DNA from: Camelus dromedarius
Lineage: Eukaryota
NCBI RefSeq assembly: GCF_036321535.1
Contig: NC_087450.1
Coordinates: forward strand, 47,616,001 to 47,680,000
DNA length: 64,000 nt
Reading direction: 5' to 3'
Of this stretch, positions 61,379-64,000 are shown one piece after another (the stretch's first letter is position 1; the number at the start of each line of letters is the position of its first letter). Below the pieces are notes generated by a model. The model was not told the DNA's origin, did not search any database, and saw only the letters and a list, made by a program, of their open reading frames with translations. The position numbers and the translations under genes were made by a program.

Positions 61379-62619
61379 GTTCAACACATTTATCTCCACA
61401 TTTAAGCTCCAGGAGTCAACTCGGTCTCACAGACTAGGGGAAGAAGGCTGGTAACTAAACCAACACTTTAATTAGATGCGTTCACCGCCATAGAGTTCAG
61501 AACGTTATGGAAGCACCAGAGATGTAGCTACCCCAGCTAGGCAGCCCGAATCTGCAGGGGCAAGCTGGGGTTGAGGTGGGGTTAAGGGGGGGGGGTCGGG
61601 GGAGGGATGGGGGAGGGGAAGAAACCAGTCATTACTGACCCTCCTGCACCCAACTTAAACCCCTCTTCTCCATCCCACGCACAGGTGGGTTCCCACCTTT
61701 CAGGGCAGAGAACTATGTCCTGGGGGTACCAACTGAATTAAGACAGAATTGCTGTCCCCGAGGAATTGAATCTGAATCTGTGATGGGTGGGGTCACACAG
61801 TAACAGCGGTGGCGTGATTCTGCTGTGGGATGACTGAATGAGTTCTACCTTGAGTTCCTCCTCCACGCAAGACCCTTCGCCTCCACCCAAAGGAGATCCA
61901 GGAATCTGGAAAGACATTTTTTTGGAGGAGTTAACGTTTGCTTGAAGAATGAATGAGACTTTAACTTTTGTTTCATTTTTTTCTCATTCTTCAACGCATT
62001 GCTGCAAAAACTGATGTATGATTCTGACGAGTCGGCGCCGGAATATAGGCATGGGGAGAAAAGCCAGGGCAAAGATGTCCAGAGTGGGCCCGAGAGGTGT
62101 TCTTCCTCCACTTCCCCTCCCACCACTCTCCCAGATGATTAGGGCAGAGACTTAAGTTACCAGCATTGATGAAGGAGGGCTGGTTGTGTTGTTCAAGAAA
62201 CATGACGATCTACCGTACTGTGAGGGTCAGGGTCTGAAATTCCCCACGGGCTGCTCCAAGGCGGGGCCCAGAATGTCCCAGGGGTATAGCTGGTCTTAGC
62301 CTAGTGTCGCACTAGCTCCTTGAGCTGTGGCCACGGGCAGGCACTGTTGGGGTAAGTGTAGAATAGGAGTTTGTAATTGGGACAGGTCCGTGGAGCGGCT
62401 TCAGTTAAATGCACACCATTTTGTGAACGGATAAGAACATTTTTCTGAGGAGATTTTTATCTTATTTTAAGGAGGGCTGTGACTCCTTCCCATCCCCGAC
62501 CCCCACCACCTCCACCACTTCCACAAAAGAAAGGTTAAGGAATTGTGTTGACTCTGGGGCTCCCGGACTCGTTCTTAGACTAAGAGAACCGATGAGAAGT
62601 GGGGGAAGGCGCTAAACCT

Positions 62620-63110
62620 CTCACGGGAGAACTTGTGGCAGGCTTACCGTCGGTGGTGCTTCTCGGGGAATACAACTCCCAGAGGCCCGTGCGGCAAAGC
62701 CCGAGCTTATTGGCCAGTGGGAAGGACCCTATCCTAACGGACACATATAAAAGCCAATAGGCCGAGGCATTGCCGAGCTTGCCAGCCACCGCTCACCTAT
62801 CAGGGGCCTGGGAGCCGATGCTTCCGGTACTCGCTTACGGCTTCAGATCCGCGGTGCGTGAGCCCCGGCGGACTCCGGGAGACTGATTTTCTGTGGGGCT
62901 GTGAGGCCAAAGGTATTTTGTCTCCACTGCTGTCTGGTCTGGCCGGTTTGGGGAGGCTGAGGTGGGCGGGGAGGGTAGTGGAGGGATCGGTACTTTGGGG
63001 GTGGGGAGGAAAGAGGATGTGTCACAGGTGTGCGGAGAGGATGGGGAGAATTGGTAGGGGGCCGCGTGCGAGGGGCTGGCGGATGCGGACGAGCAGGGGG
63101 TGGGTGAGTT
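62620..63110 (+). promoter_or_regulatory. WDCP: CpG-island promoter and probable non-coding first exon of the next + strand gene (WDCP by synteny)
   Basis: CCAAT boxes at 62709 (reverse) and 62754, ETS CTTCCGG at 62821, candidate donors at 62854 (gtgcgt) and 63104 (gtgagt). The gene name rests on recalled human synteny only; no coding sequence is in the window. Confidence 0.5.
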
Positions 63111-64000
63111 TATATCAGTGAATATATTCTCTGTGTCACGAGTGACACTCCTATATATAGGTATATGTCCTAAGTCTGCTATTCAAAATGAAGAACGTGC
63201 TTTATACGTAAACACCTTTATCACAACGTTATTTATAGAAGGATGAATTTGGCCATAACCTGGTATCTCACCAGTGAGGGAAAATTATGGAACTTCCTCA
63301 ACAGTGAGGAAAAGTGAATATTAAGTGGCTCCTAAAAGTAATTAATAAAACTTTTAAGTAACTTGGGAAACTGATAATATATGTGAAGTGAAAAAATCGT
63401 GATATGAAATTGTACAGTATGATTGAAAAAGTTTAAAACTGCATAGAAAAAAGGCTGAAGGGATGTAGTCATAATTTTCTTTGATGAATAGTTTTTTTGT
63501 GAATTTACCTTTTTACCTTTCTTGTGTTTTAATTTAAAACAATAATAAGTGTAAAGAACTTGGAATTATTTTATAGTGAAAACACAATAAACTTAGAAAA
63601 ACAAATTGCAAAATATGGAACTCTATTTAAACCTACTGTAAGTGCTCCAATTCACCTAAGCCCCTGGATTCTCACTGTGAGTTGTTTTTAAAGAAGATTA
63701 AAAACAGAAGAATTAAATGGGCATAGACTGAGCACCAGGTCCTGGTTCTGACCATCTCCCCCCTGAACTAATACAGTCAGCCTTTCTCTCTGTAAAACAC
63801 CCATGGCCCCTGATTTGAGAAATATTATAGTCTGAGGATTGAGACCAGGAGATACACAGTTAGCTTCAAGCAAAATGTAAATATTTAAAAATATACAAAA
63901 TAATTGGAGAACACCTGAAGGCCATTTCAGCCTTTGTCCTCTTGGCTCTCTTGTAACTTTACAGACTCTATGATAGTGACCCCCAAATGTTTACCTGTGA

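Noticed and set aside
60600-61405. ORFs of 92-148 aa around FKBP1B exon 1
   Set aside because: GC-island artefacts; the HPSI repeats derive from the (CCAT)n tract.

Overview
Mammalian genomic DNA, most likely a camelid (camel, llama or alpaca), judged from four tRNA-Ala(AGC)-derived vic-1-type SINEs and cetartiodactyl-style L1 3' ends. The gene order FAM228B(-, partial) / PFN4(+) / TP53I3(+) / SF3B6(+) / FKBP1B(-), followed by a + strand CpG promoter (probably WDCP), matches the human 2p23.3 block in reverse orientation. I rebuilt the spliced CDSs by hand from GT-AG boundaries and reading phase. PFN4 (129 aa), TP53I3 (332 aa) and SF3B6 (125 aa) are complete and intact. FKBP1B (108 aa expected) has part of its last exon hidden in an N-run. 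FAM228B shows six coding exons and runs off the left edge. The rest is L1, L2, MIR, hAT fossils (Charlie, MER20, MER58, MER81), LTRs and simple repeats. Six N-runs of 132-220 nt interrupt the sequence. I see no prokaryote-type or wholly new gene system. The best leads are: in-frame read-through possibilities PFN4-TP53I3 and TP53I3-SF3B6; an antisense splice donor at the SF3B6 promoter; a PIG3AS-like exon-skip frame; absence of the p53 microsatellite at TP53I3; a chimeric L1/unique-sequence retro-insertion with a 15-nt TSD; a possible inversion splitting a Charlie1 element; and a CRE/GATA motif cluster in FKBP1B intron 2. Gene and repeat family names come from recalled reference sequences, not from database searches, and repeat boundaries are approximate.
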